Below are positions 1-22,369 of a DNA stretch of 64,000 nt, piece after piece (position 1 is the first letter of the stretch; every line of letters starts with the position of its first letter). Both the position numbers and the translations under genes were made by a program. This DNA comes from the human T2T-CHM13v2.0 reference genome, Homo sapiens. The stretch is taken from NCBI RefSeq assembly GCF_009914755.1, contig NC_060940.1, one strand, 5' to 3'. Below the pieces are notes generated by a model. The model did not search any database. It saw only the letters and a list, made by a program, of their open reading frames with translations, and was not told the origin of the DNA.

Positions 1-107
1 CTACCTTGATCTTGGACTTCTACCCTCCAGAACTGTGAGAAAATAAGTGCCTGTTGTTTAATCTCCCAGTCTGTGATATTTTGTTTTGGCAGCCTGAGCT
101 GCCTAAT
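1..107 (+). mobile_element. MLT1A/B-type MaLR LTR, 3' end
   Basis: ccttgatcttggacttc...ccagaactgtgagaaaataa...ttgttttggcagcc matches the MLT1 LTR 3' part. Confidence 0.7.
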
Positions 108-109
108 AT

Positions 110-266
110 GATAACCTGATCTTGGAAGTGACATCTCACCACTTTTGCCAGTTCTATTCCTTAGAAGCAAGTCATCAGGTTCAGCCCACACTCTAGGGAG
201 GAGGTTCCACAAGGGCATAAATACGAGAATGAGAGGGTTGGAAGCCACTTAGAGGCTGCCTATCAC
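110..266 (-). mobile_element. Older MLT1 (G/H-like) LTR fragment
   Basis: ggaagtgacatctcaccacttttgcc...cagcccacact...gaggctgcctatcac is a reverse MLT1 5' end. Confidence 0.55.
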
Positions 267-299
267 GGGCACTGCTGTCTCTTCCTAAGATGGCTAAAA

Positions 300-878
<579 letters not shown>

Positions 879-938
879 TCATTTAAAACCCTCCAATCCT
901 ATTCCACTTTAAATAAGTTCCAAATCCCCCTACTATGA

Positions 939-1350
939 TGCTGTGGGCTGAATTATGTATCCCTCACCCTAACCCCCTCCAAATTCTAAGTCCTAACCCT
1001 CATTGTTTCCTTCCAAATCCTACCTTCTTTAGAGTTAGGGCCTCTGTGGAGGTACTTATGTTAAAATGATTTCATTTGACTGGGCCTTAATCCGATATGA
1101 CTGGCATCCTTATAAGAAAGGCATACACCGACACAAGCAGAAGGCAGACCACGTGAAGACATAGGGAAAAGTCAGCATTCTACAAACCAAAGAGAGCAGC
1201 CCAGAACAGATCCTTGTCTCACAGCCCTCAGAAGGAACCAACCCTGCTGACACCTTGATCTTCAACTTCTAGCCTTTGAACTGCAAGAAAATACATTTCA
1301 GTCACTTTAAGCCACCCTGCCAGCGGCACTTTGTGTGGCAGCTCGAGGAA
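939..1350 (+). mobile_element. MLT1A/B LTR
   Basis: tgctgtgggctgaatt...taatccgatatgactggcatccttataaga...gacaccttgatctt. Confidence 0.75.
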
Positions 1351-1468
1351 GCAGATGCCTGCCACTTGCTCCTGGCTCACCTAAGCCATGGCAGCCTCCT
1401 TTCACTTCTTTGCAAATACTCTTCCATCTTAGGGCCTTTGCATGTGTGTTTTTTTTCTGCCTAGAACA

Positions 1469-2103
<635 letters not shown>

Positions 2104-2366
2104 TAGTGAAGCTTTTAATTCCTTTCTTACCTAAAGAGTTCTGCCTGTTGTTCTCTACCCTAACACACTGTAAATTTTCTTTATTGCACTTACCACAATG
2201 TATAATTAGACGTTTCTTTGTTTATTTGTTGCTTTTCTCTCCCCCTAGAGTGTAGAGTCTCAAGGACAGGAATTGCATCTGTGTTATTTGCCAGAGCGTC
2301 TCCAGCATACAACACAGTTCATGGAACCCAGTGCGTGCCCAGCAACGATCAGTTGAATGACTAGAG

Positions 2367-2470
2367 TAGTGATTCTCAACCCTGGCTGCACAGGAGAGTC
2401 ACTCGGGGGTGCTTTAAGAAACACTGATCCTTGATTTTCACCCCCGTGAGATGCTGAGTCAGTCCCATGC
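2367..2470. mobile_element. MER5A fragment (hAT-Charlie)
   Basis: gtgattctcaaccctggctgcac...cactcgggggtgctttaaga. Confidence 0.55.
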
Positions 2471-2974
2471 AACTAGATTGAGGACAAGAGGATAAGGGAA
2501 ACCATTTCCTTTTCAATCTGTGAAGGTTTGTTACATTTATGGAAAACTTGAACTTCACCACAGTCTTACAGGAAGCATGAAATTGAGCCTTGAGTTTTTT
2601 TCTCAGCTGTCCAACTGTTATGGGCCTACAATTGTATAGCTCAGAGTGACAGAGAAGAACTTTGGGGTTGGGAAAGAATTGGAGCAACTTCAAGCAGGAA
2701 CGCGGTGTGGCACCTTGGGTGCATCTCACTGGGTTCCATCCATTCTATGGTGTTGGGGTCACTCTGCTGTAGAGCAAGATGCAGAAATGGCCCTCTCTAC
2801 TTTCCTTATGTGTGTATGTGTGGAGGGGAGGTTTAGTGGATGTCTCTGGTTACTGGAATTCTGTTTGCATTGCGCTGCCTTCTAGGACCAAGGACTGGTT
2901 TTCAAGCTCTTTGGTCAAGGGAGAGAGAGCAGTCTTGAGTCTGTCAGAACAGGCCCCTGACAAGTGAACAGTAT

Positions 2975-3525
2975 TGATGCCCTCCAGCCAAAGACCTCCA
3001 GGAACACACCCATATTGAACAAGTTGTGTTTCATGTTCATTGCAGCAAGAGAGGACACACACATGGGGAACCATGGAAGGTGTTGGAAAGGACTCATTAT
3101 GGAATTGGACTTTGGTTGTGTGATTTTGGGGAGAGTCCAAGCAAGCTGGGATGTGCACTGGCATGGGTGCAGCCTGAAAGAGGCAATGTTACCATTGACT
3201 CTCTCAATAAATTTTATCTATAAGGAAGGGAGGGAAAGCAGACTAGAGCGAGGCTAAAACTATGATTGGTGAAGAACACTAGTTACTCGCATTCACCAGG
3301 AGAAGGTCATGTTTGGCATTTTGTGGCTTGAACAATGTTCCTGTTTTGTCTGTGTTCACGTGTGATTACGGAGTCTTCTTTCTGTCCTGATTCATCATGA
3401 CTACAGAGTGGCTTTGTCTAACATTGATGCTCTGTGAAATTGTTTATGTTTAGGAAAACACCGAGATTGACCTGTCAGTACCAGGCCAGTTCCCTGCTGT
3501 CAGGGGCTGCTTTCCTCTTTATCAC
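2975..3525 (-). mobile_element. Probable ERVL-class solo LTR, family uncertain
   Basis: ~550 bp tg...ca-bounded segment resembling old ERVL LTRs. Confidence 0.35.
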
Positions 3526-3701
3526 TAGCTTTGGATTTGCTCCTTCCAGTACTTTTCTCATGTAAAGTAAGGTAGTCCAGTGTGTTCACACAATTGAGAG
3601 CATTTATTACATTAGCCTCCTATCTTTTGCGGGGATAATCACAGCACCATGGTGTGGTAAGTGGCAGTAGAGTATGGTGGTTAAGAACAAATGATCTTGA
3701 G

Positions 3702-3828
3702 GTCAGGCGTGGTGGCTCACGCCAGTAAACCCAGCACTTTGGGAAGCCGAGGCAGGAGTATTGCTTGAGTCCGAGAGTTCGAGACCAGCCTGGGCAACAT
3801 AGCGAGACCCTGTCTCTTAAAAAAAAGA
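3702..3828 (+). mobile_element. FLAM (Alu monomer) inserted in a MIR (about 3660-3982)
   Basis: Left monomer with A-tail; TSD-like aagaacaaatgatctt / aagaacaagtgctctt. Confidence 0.85.
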
Positions 3829-3982
3829 ACAAGTGCTCTTTATTCAGAAAATCATTTTAGTTGTGTGACCTTGAGCAAGTTCACTTGACCACCCTAGCCT
3901 CGACTCCCTCATCTGTAAAATGGGGGTAATAATAGTGCCTAACTTATAGGGCAATTATGATGCACCAATGAAATAATGCATG

Positions 3983-4336
<354 letters not shown>

Positions 4337-4684
4337 CTATTGACTACCAATGATTCAATAGAACTATATGTTTCTCTGCTTAGTTTATCAGAGTTTGCCT
4401 TTGTACCTGTGATGAAAAAAACGGTGGACCGTAAGACCTTGGGACCTTGGTTCCCTGAACCAAGCCAGGACAATTGTATTATTTCTCCTGGAATTTTGAA
4501 ATTGGACACCAATATTTGTCATTCAGGGTTGGATATGTAGACTGGGAAGTGATGTCAAGCGTCCTTGAGTGACCACTTTCTGCTCTGTTGACTTAGAACC
4601 TTGAGGTTAAAAAAATGTTATAGGAAACCATATTTGTTTGAATGTTTGTTGGAAAGAAAAGCAGAAAAGTAGAGAAAGGTGATC

Positions 4685-5268
4685 TTTTTTAATTCTTAAT
4701 TTTTTATTATTAAATTTTTTTTTTATTTTAGGTTTGAGGATACATGTGAAAGTTTGTTACATAAAGATTTGTCACAGAGGTTTGTTGTACATATCATTAC
4801 ATAACCCAGGTATTAAGCTCAGTCCCCAATAGTTATCTTTTCTGCTCCTCTTCCTCCTCCCACCCTCCCCACTCAAGTAGACTCCAGTGTCTGTTATTTC
4901 CTTCTTTCTGTTCGTAAGCTCTTATCATTTAGCTCCCACTTATATGTAAGAACATGTGGTGTTTGGTTTTCTGTTCCTGCGTTAGTTTGCTGAGGATGAT
5001 AGGCTCCAGCTCCATCCATGTTCCCACAAAAGCCATGATCTTGTTCTTTTTTATGGCTGCATAATATTCCATGGTGTATATGTACCACATTTTCTTTATC
5101 CAGTCTGTCATTGACAGGCATTTAGGTTGATTCCATGTCTTTGCTATCGTGAACAGTGCTGCAGTGACCATTCACGTGTATGTGTCTTTATGGTAAAATG
5201 CTTTATATTCGTCTGGGTATACACCCAGTAATGGGATTGCTGGGTTGATGGTAGTTCTTCTTTTAGCT
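4685..5268 (-). mobile_element. 5'-truncated older L1PA (about PA13-16) 3' end
   Basis: ORF2 C-terminus [15 protein letters not shown]...WIKKMWYIYTMEYY in the ORF track, plus 3'UTR and T-rich tail. Confidence 0.85.
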
Positions 5269-5549
5269 CAGAAAGGCAATATTCAAAGACAGGAGAATAA
5301 ACTGGGGTGAGAGAGAGAAGGAGTGAAGAAAGGAGAAAAGAAGAGAGAAGAGAGAGGAAGAGAAGGTTCTATGGAGCTCTAAGTGTTCTATCTGGTCTGC
5401 CCGAGTTAGTAGAGGGATAAGAATAAAGAAAAAAAATGTTACTATTCCTCTACGGCCCATCACACACATGGGTGAATCAAATGGGCAAAGCAAGAGTAGA
5501 ATTTTACACCACCATGCCGTAAACCTGGATTGTTTTGACTGTTGAGCAT

Positions 5550-5599
5550 CTCCTCTCTCTTTTCTATTCTTTTTCTTTCTCTTTCTTTCTTTCTTTCCT

Positions 5600-5646
<47 letters not shown>

Positions 5647-5745
5647 CTCTCTCTCTCTCTCTCTTTCTTTCTCGCTTTCTCTTTCTTTCTCTCTTTCTTT
5701 CTCTCTCTCTCTCTCTCTCCCTCTCTCTCTTCTTTTCTTTTCTTT
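5550..5745. repeat. (TTTC)n/(TC)n compound microsatellite forming an Alu tail
   Basis: Almost pure pyrimidine tract abutting the Alu 3' end. Confidence 0.95.
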
Positions 5746-6029
5746 TGAGACGGAGTTTCACTCTTGTTGCCCAGGCTGGAGTGCAGTGGCGCAATCTCGG
5801 CTTACTGAAACCTCCACCTCCCGGGTTCAAGCGATTATCCTGCCTTAGCCTCCCAAGTAGCTGGGACTACAGGTGTGTGCTACCACACCCAGCTAATTTT
5901 GTATTTTTAGCAGAGATGGGGTTTCACCATGTTGGTCAGGCTGGTCTCGAACCCCTGACCTCAGATAATCCACCCACCTCAGCCTTCCAAAATGCTGGGA
6001 TTACAGACGTAAGCCACTGCACCCGGCCT
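5746..6029 (-). mobile_element. AluSq/Sp-like
   Basis: gagtttcactcttgttgccc, gttggtcagg. Confidence 0.9.
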
Positions 6030-6049
6030 CACTTTCTTTTACCCACATC

Positions 6050-6530
6050 AGTCCTGATAATTTCCAGTCCCAGCATCCTGCCTTCTCCCTCACTCCCGTA
6101 GAAGGACTGGGCAAGTGACCAGGCCAATCAGAGTTCCCCAATATCCTGGCCATGTGGATTGGTCCAGCTATGGGCACGTGACCTTAGCTAAGCCAATCAC
6201 CTATTCAGAATGTTTTTTGTTCTTTAATACAGAGCTGTGAGAGACAGGGTCTTGGCTTTTGAATAATGGGGCTGAAAGAAGTGAGTCAGGGACTGCCAGG
6301 GGCTGTCTCCTATACCATGAGGAGAAATCTCGTCTATAGGGAGAACGAGCCAAAAGATGGAAAGTCATTGAGAGGGAGAGGGAGAGGGACATTGAAGTGG
6401 GGGAGAGAAAGAGAGAGACATAATATAATGTTGAGCTTTAAATCAGCTCTATCTAGACTTAGAAAAGCCAATAACTTCCCACTTTTCTTGGACTGATTTG
6501 AGTTGGTTTTTTGCTACTTTAGCCAAGTGG
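6050..6530 (+). mobile_element. Old MLT1 (J/K/L-like) LTR
   Basis: gtgaccaggccaatcagag...gattggtccag...gggcacgtgacc. Confidence 0.5.
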
Positions 6531-6757
6531 TCCCCGTGATGGCTCCCCATTTCTTTAGATGAAAATCCCAAGCCCTCACGTTGGCATGCCAGGACACACC
6601 TGCCCTAGCCTCAATGGCCTCATCTCCCGTCCCTCTCGCCATTGCTTACTCCGCTGCAGCCATTCCTGCCTCCTTGCTTGTTCGTCAAACGTGCCAGGCC
6701 CTACTTCATACGGATTAAATCAGACTTTTTGAGTGGGATCAGGACATTAGTATTTTA

Positions 6758-7424
<667 letters not shown>

Positions 7425-8149
7425 TAGAGCTGAGAATCACTCCTTCAGACTAATAAAGAAGGTCAATGGCTATTAAGGCAACTACCCTAAAGAATTAACT
7501 TAAAGTCTATGTGTAAGTTTGTCTCTTGTCAACATAGAGTCTAGTTTCCTTCTAATTTTGATTATAAAATAGGAAAGCATTTTCCTATACTATAAAAAAG
7601 TTTGCTTTAAGAGTCCCAGGACTGATTTATTATGACCTTGAGATTTAAAAACATTTATTATTGGAAACCATGTTTGTTTGAACCATGTTTGTTTGAATGT
7701 TTATTGTAGAAAAGTCCATTTTTCCTTTTAAAGTCATAAACTAAATTTGTTACAGGAGGTTGATTTTGTGTTCCAAGCCTGTGATCATTAACTGTTTTCC
7801 AGCTCTACCAGGTAGGGTATTGAACCTTTTCTTATTTGAGATTCAAATAAATTCTCCTTTACCAAAATGTTATTTTGCAAATAACTAAGTGACTCTAATG
7901 GATTAACTTTAAAATGCAATGCCAAATCTTGATTTTCCACGAATGAATAATTTGAAAGAAATTTCTCTGTTCACTACATATACGCCAGAAAGAATATCAA
8001 CCTTGGCTTTTGATATATTTTAAATTCCTGGTTCAAGTTTCTTATGTGGCCAAATTGTTCTTAGTGACCTGGGCTTCTGTAAAATGTCCCTGATTCCTTT
8101 CATAAAATGCTTATTTTGGCTTATGCTGCTCGAGTGAGTTTCTGTTACC

Positions 8150-8345
8150 ATCTTTGATAAAGACAATCATTAATCCTGACAGCAGCCTTGCAAAGTGAGT
8201 CTTACTATTCCCATTTCACAGATGGATAATCTGAGCCCTTGGGTACTGAGAAACTTGCTCAAGTCCATACAATTAGGCACTGGTAGTCCCTGGACAACAA
8301 CCCAGATCTACTTGACCCCAAAGCTGATGAGTTTCCACCCTCACA
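8150..8345 (-). mobile_element. MIR
   Basis: cccatttcacagatggataatctgag...aacttgctcaagtc. Confidence 0.6.
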
Positions 8346-8367
8346 GAAGGTCCTAATATGGCACATT

Positions 8368-8845
8368 GCTTTTTTTTACATTGGGATATAATTCATGTCT
8401 TATAAAACTCACCATTTAAAAGTGTATAATTTAGTGGTCTTAGTGTATTCTCAAGATTTTTCAACTATCACCACTGTCTAATTCTAGGATGTTTTCATCA
8501 CCCTCCAACCCCAGACCTCTACCATTAAGCAGCCACTCTTTCACTCCTGTCCCCCAGCCTCTGGCAACCACTAATTTACTTTCTGTCTCTATGGATTTGC
8601 CCATTCTGGGTATTTGATACACATGGAGTCATACAATATGTGGCCTTTTGTGTCTTGGTTCTTTCACGAAACACAGTGTTTTCTAATTTCTAATTTCTAC
8701 ATTTCTGTCGTAGAATATATCAGTACTTCATTTCTTTTTATGGCTAAATAACATTCCATTGTATGGATAGACCCCATTTTGTTTATTTATCTGTTTACAG
8801 ACATTTGGATTATTTCCACCTTTTGGCTATTATAAGATACATTTT
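8368..8845 (-). mobile_element. L1MB-type 3' end
   Basis: cctctggcaaccactaatttactttctgtctctatggatttgcccattctgg. Confidence 0.8.
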
Positions 8846-8944
8846 GTAAATAACATTGTTATAGAAGTCTTGTTTTCCAAATTAAACAGAAGGGCAGGTC
8901 CTGTTTCACACACTTTTTTTTTGTATTAAAAATATATGAGGGCT

Positions 8945-9530
8945 CTTCCAGTTGCTATTACTGGGTAACAAATCACACCAATTTTTAGTGCTATAAGCCA
9001 CAATTTTATTACACTCACAGATCCTGTAGGTCAAGAATCAGACCAGAGAGGGTGGCTTGCTCTGCCTCATGATGTCTGGGGACTCAGCTGGGAAAACTCA
9101 AAAGTTGAGGGTGACTTGATGGCTGGGGACTAAAGGCATCTAGAGGAATCTTCTGTCACATGCCTGTATTTCATACTCACTGTTAGCTGAGACCTCAGCT
9201 AGCCAGTTAGCCAAAACGTCTGCATGTGGCCTCCCTAGGTGGTCTCTTCAGGTGGGCTAATTGGACTTCCTCACAACATAGTAGCTGGGGTCCAACAGTG
9301 AGTAGCTCAAGAAAAAAAGGAGGAAGTGCATATGCTTTTTATGTTCTAGCCCTGGAAATCAAATAGCATATTTTCTGCTGTAATCTTAATGATTGAGGCA
9401 GTTTCTAAGGTTAAAAGGGGAGGGATCATGGACTTCATCACTCAACACGAGAAATAAAAGGTCACATTATGACAGCATGTGGTATGGGAGATATCACTAT
9501 GGCCACCTTTGGAAAAAAACCATCTGCCAC
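8945..9530 (-). mobile_element. MLT1 (H/I/J-like) LTR
   Basis: cagttgctattactgggtaacaaatcac...ggccacctttggaaaa...catctgccaca. Confidence 0.7.
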
Positions 9531-10134
9531 AAGGACCTTGCACTGGGCTTGTGACAGGTATCCAGTAGATCCTTATTTAATTAAATATATTCATGCTTAT
9601 CAACAAATTACATATTGGCCTGCCTGCTTGTTTGTTCATGAATCCATCTCCTCCTTCAGAAATGACCCCTTCTTGGGTATTATTCTAATGCTTTCATTTC
9701 TTAACTTCTGCATTTTCCTAGCTTAGGCAAATCACTTTACTTCTCAGAGCCTCAGTTGTCTTACCCATAAAATGGGCAAACACATTTGTTCCCACTCTAC
9801 AAAATTAGTTTGGGAATTCAGTGGGCTAAGGTATAAATAGTGCTTACTTTAGATGCTGTTTGGAGGTAAAGGTTCAATAAATGATAACTATTATTATTGC
9901 TGTTGTGATTACCTGAATGTAATCCCCATTCTCTTATACTTTTCAGCATCCTGTCCAAGCCTTTAAGATGAGGAACAAATTCTATGTGAGGAGAAATGGC
10001 AAAAATTGGTATGCCTCTGCTTTTCTGATTTCCCATTCCCTTCCATTTCTCTTATTAACAAGTAAAAGTAAGGAAATCCTGTCCTGTGGATAACTTCCCA
10101 TTGACTTGCAGAGAGCTCAGACATGCTATGGTAG

Positions 10135-10454
<320 letters not shown>

Positions 10455-10800
10455 AATGGTGAATATTGTTGATTTAAAATAATAGATATAATAAATCTCC
10501 AATCTCAGGGAAGTTTCCAAGTCCTAAAGTCAAAACTTCCGATCTTGCCGTGTGCTTGAATTATCCTCAATTAGAGTCCCTGCTGCTGTTGCATGTCGCT
10601 GTAATTATTCTGTCATCGTTAATTCAATAAAGCCTATTAACCCACATCAGATAGTGTATTTATCTACAATGCATGTTACCTGCTCCTCTAGATAAGACAG
10701 CTGTCATACTTCAAGTCTGCTGTCTCTTTGTTGAGGTCCAGTAGTGTCAGTCTGCAAGTGTTTCATGTTTCATATACATTACAGAATCCCCATTAATGGT

Positions 10801-11177
10801 TGATATGATTAGGCTTTGTGTCCCCACCCAAATCTCATCTTGAATTACATTCCCTATAATCCCCACATGTCAAGGGAGAGACCAGGTGGAGATAATTAAA
10901 TAATGGGGGCAGTTTCCCCCACGCTGTTTTCATGACAGTGAGTTCTCACGAGATCTGATGGTTTTATAAGGAACGCTTCCCTCTTTGCTCGGCATTTCTC
11001 CTTCCTGCTGCCTTGTGAAGAAGATGCATTGTTTTCCTCTTCACTTTCTGCCACAATTGTAAGTTTCCTGAGGCCTCCCCAGCCATGCTGAACTGTAAGT
11101 CAATTAAACCTCTTTCCTTTATAAATTACACGGTCTCAGGCAGTTCTTTACAGCAGTATGAAAATGGAGTAATACAA
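10801..11177 (+). mobile_element. THE1C/D-type solo LTR
   Basis: tgatatg...ccccacccaaatctcatcttgaatt to taataca; 5-bp TSD atggt/atgat. Confidence 0.85.
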
Positions 11178-11329
11178 TGATGTTCTTATAACTTCCCAGA
11201 CTGGAAGGCTTGCTGGTCTTGTGAGATACTGAACTGGAGACAGCAGAAAAATGCATCCTCCTGATATTGTGAGCAACCTCCTCTCTTCTTCCCTCTCTCC
11301 TCTTCTTCCCTTTCTTCTGTTTTCCCTTC

Positions 11330-11540
11330 TAGGAGCCAAGAGCATAGGCTCTGGAACCAGCCTGCCTGGTTTGAATCATGCCTCTGCCTGGGGATCTTGG
11401 GCAGGTTGCTTGGTCTCTCTGAGCCTGTTTTTTTCATCTGTGCAAGAATCACAACTCTCTTGTGAGAATTTAATGTGCTAATCTGCATAAAGCACATAGA
11501 CAACTGTCTGGCTCATGATGGGAGTGTAACTGTGGTTATT
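11330..11540 (+). mobile_element. MIR
   Basis: aagagcataggctctggaaccag...ctctgagcctgtttttttcatctgt. Confidence 0.65.
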
Positions 11541-11907
11541 TCTTCCTATTTTCTTCCCTCCCTTCCAACAGAAGAAAGTCTCTGAGATGCGTGTCTTATG
11601 TGGCATATGCTGGACTTGGTGCCTGGGGTTCATTGGCAGACTAGTCCCTCTGGTACCTCCAGCAAGGAAGATAGATGTTAATTATTAATTGATACCCATT
11701 GTGATAAATCTCACAAGGTACCATGAATGGGTATAACAGCTCCCTTTCTGTGGAGGAGGTGGAGGTGATAGGTAAGACTTCCTGGAGGAAGTAACATTTG
11801 AACAGAGATCTGAAAGATAAAATACTTCCAGGAGGAGTGTGTGTGTGTGTAAGTCAGTCAACATCAGAACACCTCCAGCAGTGGAAACAGTGTATAGGAA
11901 GCTCTGA

Positions 11908-12218
<311 letters not shown>

Positions 12219-12402
12219 CATTAATGTTTTGAATAGGTAATACTTTCGCATGGTCCAAATTCCAAAAAATACAAAAGGATAAACAGTGAAATGTCTCCCT
12301 TTTTCCATTTACCACCTTCCCCCTACCTCTATCCCTGAAGCAACAAATGAACCAATTTCTTTGGTATTCTTCTAGAAATATCCTGTGCATACATAAGCAA
12401 AA

Positions 12403-12700
12403 TGTATGTGTGTATGGTGTATATACATATATACACACACTATATATAGTGTGTATATGTGTATATATATACTATATATAGTGTGTATATATATACACTA
12501 TAGTGTGTATATGTATATATACTATATATAGTGTGTATATGTGTATATATATACTACATATAGTGTGTATATGTATATGTGTATATATACACATATATAT
12601 ACTATATATAGTGTGTATATGTATATGTGTATATATAGTGTGTATAGTTTATGTATATACATATCCACACTATATATAGTATATATATGATATTCACATA
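12403..12700. repeat. (TA)/(TG)/(CA) low-complexity repeat with palindromic actatatatagt units
   Basis: Seen directly. Confidence 0.9.
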
Positions 12701-13466
12701 TCATCTTTTATTTTTTAATATGAAAAATGCTTCTCCGTTATTTGCTTTTTTCACCTTTCTCTTAAATACGTATCTTGGAGATCCTTCCTTATGAGTACAC
12801 AGTTAACTTTCTTATTTTCTTTTCTGAGTGGCAGAGTACACCATGTAGTACCCTATAATTTGTTTAAGCAACCTCCTACTGATGGATGTTTGGGTTATTT
12901 CTACTCTTCTGCTATTATTTAAAAAAACTATAATCGATAATCTGATACCGGTGCAATTTGCTCCTGTGCAACTGTCTGTGGGATAAATTTCTAAAAGTGT
13001 AATAGTTGGGTCAAATGACACACTTTTCTCCACAGAGGTTGTAAAAAATTTACACCCACCCCTCAAGGAATGTTTGAGTTCCCATAGTGGCATCAAGCAC
13101 CATGTATTATTGAGTTCTTTTTAATTTTGCCAATCTGATAGGTGAAAATTCATATCTCAGCATAGTTTTAATTTGCATTTATCTTACTCTGAATAACACA
13201 GAGCGTGTTTTCATTTACCCAAGAATCACTTGTGTTTCTTTTCTTACGAACTGTTCTTATCTTTTGTCCATTTTTCTGTGATGAATCTGCTCTTTTGCTT
13301 ATTGATTTTATACATTAGGGGAATTAGCCATTTTCCACGCCATGCTTCACAAACATTATTTCCTGGGTTTTCTTTTGTATTTAGACTTTGCTTAGGGTGG
13401 TTTTGGTTCTGCAGCTCTGTTTTTTAAAAAACTTTTATGTAGTCAAATTTTTTTTTTTGGGGGGGG

Positions 13467-13516
13467 GGTCTCCTGGATTTGTGACATACTTGGTCTCCTG
13501 CATTTGTGACATGCTA
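13467..13516. repeat. 25-bp tandem duplication
   Basis: ggtctcctggatttgtgacatactt / ggtctcctgcatttgtgacatgcta. Confidence 0.85.
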
Positions 13517-13692
13517 AGAAAAACCTTTGTCATTTCAAGATCATAAGATAATTCTATTCTTTAAAAAAACACCTTCAGAAAAGGGGATTCCAGATGCGAC
13601 TTTAATGATCCTTTCCTGTGTTTGCCAAGCATCATGGTAGAAATACCTTCCTTATAGCCACATGAAACCCCTGATGCTGGAGTGTTGTGTTC

Positions 13693-14983
<1,291 letters not shown>

Positions 14984-15010
14984 TATTTTGGGAATTAAAA
15001 AAATGTATTT

Positions 15011-15235
15011 CAGGGGGCAGCAAACTATAGCTCTAGGGCCAAATCTGGTCTCTGCCTATTTTTGTAAATAAAGTTTTATTGGAACAGCCTCATACACCTG
15101 TTCATTTACATAGCATCAGTGATTGCTTTGGCCCTACAAGGGCAGAGTTAAGTGATTGCAACAGAGCCCACATGGTCAAAAGAGCCTCAAATATTTACTA
15201 ACTGATGGTTTACAGAAAACGTTTGCTGCCTCCTG
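15011..15235. mobile_element. MER58A/B (hAT-Charlie)
   Basis: cagggggcagcaaactat...gtaaataaagttttattggaaca...gtttgctgcctcctg. Confidence 0.8.
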
Positions 15236-15543
15236 GTTTATTTCATTAAAGAAGTTATATTACACCTCTTTGGTGTCTCCATTCCCTTTACCACTTATGT
15301 TAACGTGGGAATGATGACACCAACCTGGAAGAGTCACATACGTAAGGCATACAGCCCAGTGTTTGTCTTTTGGTGCATGTATAATCAATACTAATTCACC
15401 TTCCCTTCCTAAAGACTTTTACTCCCAGGAAGTGGAAGCAGAAAATGGGCAGGTATGAGGCACCGGGTTGGTGATAGTTCTTCTCTGCTTTTACTTCCCA
15501 TTTTCTGTCCCAAAGTTTGAGGAGTTCATTTTTTCCCTTCTGA

Positions 15544-16161
<618 letters not shown>

Positions 16162-16208
16162 TAAGCTGGATGATCCTTTGTTGTGCGGGCTGCAGGATGT
16201 CTACCTGG

Positions 16209-17242
<1,034 letters not shown>

Positions 17243-17473
17243 TAATTTTTATTTTTTATTTTATTATTATTATACTTTAAGTTTTAGGGTACATGTGCAC
17301 AATGTGCAGGTTAGTTACATATGTATACATGTGCCATGCTGGTATGCTGCACCCATTAACTCGTCATTTAGCATTAGGTATATCTCCTAATGCTATCCCT
17401 CCCCCCTCCCCCCACCCCACAACAGTCCCCAGAGTGTGATGTTCCCTTTCCTGTGTCCATGTGTTCTTATTGT

Positions 17474-21297
<3,824 letters not shown>

Positions 21298-21360
21298 TAT
21301 GATGTTAGCTGGTTATTTTGCTCATTAGTTGATGCAGTTTCTTCCTAGCCTCGATGGTCT

Positions 21361-22369
21361 TTACAGTTTGGCATGATTTTGCAGTGGCTGGTACCGGTTA
21401 TTCCTTTCCATGTTTAGTGCTTCAGGAGCTCTTTTAGGGCAGGCCTGGTGGTGACAAAATCTCTCAGCATTTGCTTGTCTGTAAAGTATTTTATTTCTCC
21501 TTCACTTATGAAGCGTAGTTTGGCTGGATATGAAATTCTGGGTTGAAAGTTCTTTTCTTTAAGAATGTTGAATATTGGCCCCCACTCTCTTCTGGCTTGT
21601 AGAGTTTCTGCCAAGAGATCGGCTGTTAGTCTGATGGGCTTCCCTTTGTGGGTAACTCGACCTTTCTCTCTGGCTGCCCTTAACATTTTTTCCTTCATTT
21701 CAACTTTGGTGTATCTGACAATTATGTGTCTTGGAGTTGCTCTTCTCGAGGAGTATCTTTGTGGCATTCTCTGTATTTCCTGAATCTGAATGTTGGCCTG
21801 CCTTGCTAGATTGGGGAAGTTCTCCTGGATAATATCCTGCAGAGTGTTTTCCAACTTGGTTCCATTCTCCCTATCACTTTCAGGTACACCAATCAGATGT
21901 AGATTTGGTCTTTTCACATAGTCCCATATTTCTTGGAGGCTTTGTTCGTTTCTTTTTATTCCTTTTTCTCTAAACTTCCCTTCTTGCTTCATTTCATTCA
22001 TTTCATCTTCCATCACTGATACCCTTTCTTCCAGTCGATCGCATTGGCTCCTGAGGCTTCTGCATTCTTCACGTAGTTCTCGAGCCTTGGCTTTCAGCTC
22101 CGTCAGCTCCTTTAAGCACTTCTCTCTATTGGTGATTCTAGTTATACATTTGTCTAAATTTTTTTCAAAGTTTTTAACTTCTTTGCCTTTGCTTTGAATT
22201 TCCTCGTGTAGCTCGGAGTAGTTTGATCGTCTGAAGCCTTCTCTCAACTCGTCAAAGTCATTCTCCGTCAAGCTTTGTTCTGTTGCTGGTGAGGAACTGC
22301 ATTCCTTTGGAGGAGGAGAGGTGCTCTGTATTTAGAGTTTCCAGTTTTTCTGCTCTGTTTTTTCCCCAT
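21361..22369 (-). pseudogene. ORF1: L1 ORF1, frameshifted at both ends
   Basis: ATG GGG AAA AAA CAG at 22369; 1-bp loss near codon 14; 4-bp loss near 21420 giving LLKH*; 285-aa central frame with ARREWG and YPAKL. Confidence 0.92.

Larger units (their letters stand above)
12225..13555 (-). mobile_element. Ancient L1M (MC/ME-like) 3' region interrupted by a TA repeat
   Basis: ttttgccaatctgataggtgaaa...gttttaatttgcattt L1M motifs. Confidence 0.65.

Noticed and set aside
5535-6101. 188-aa ORF and the many other 60-140-aa Alu-overlapping ORFs
   Set aside because: Translations of microsatellite and Alu sequence; no coding signature.
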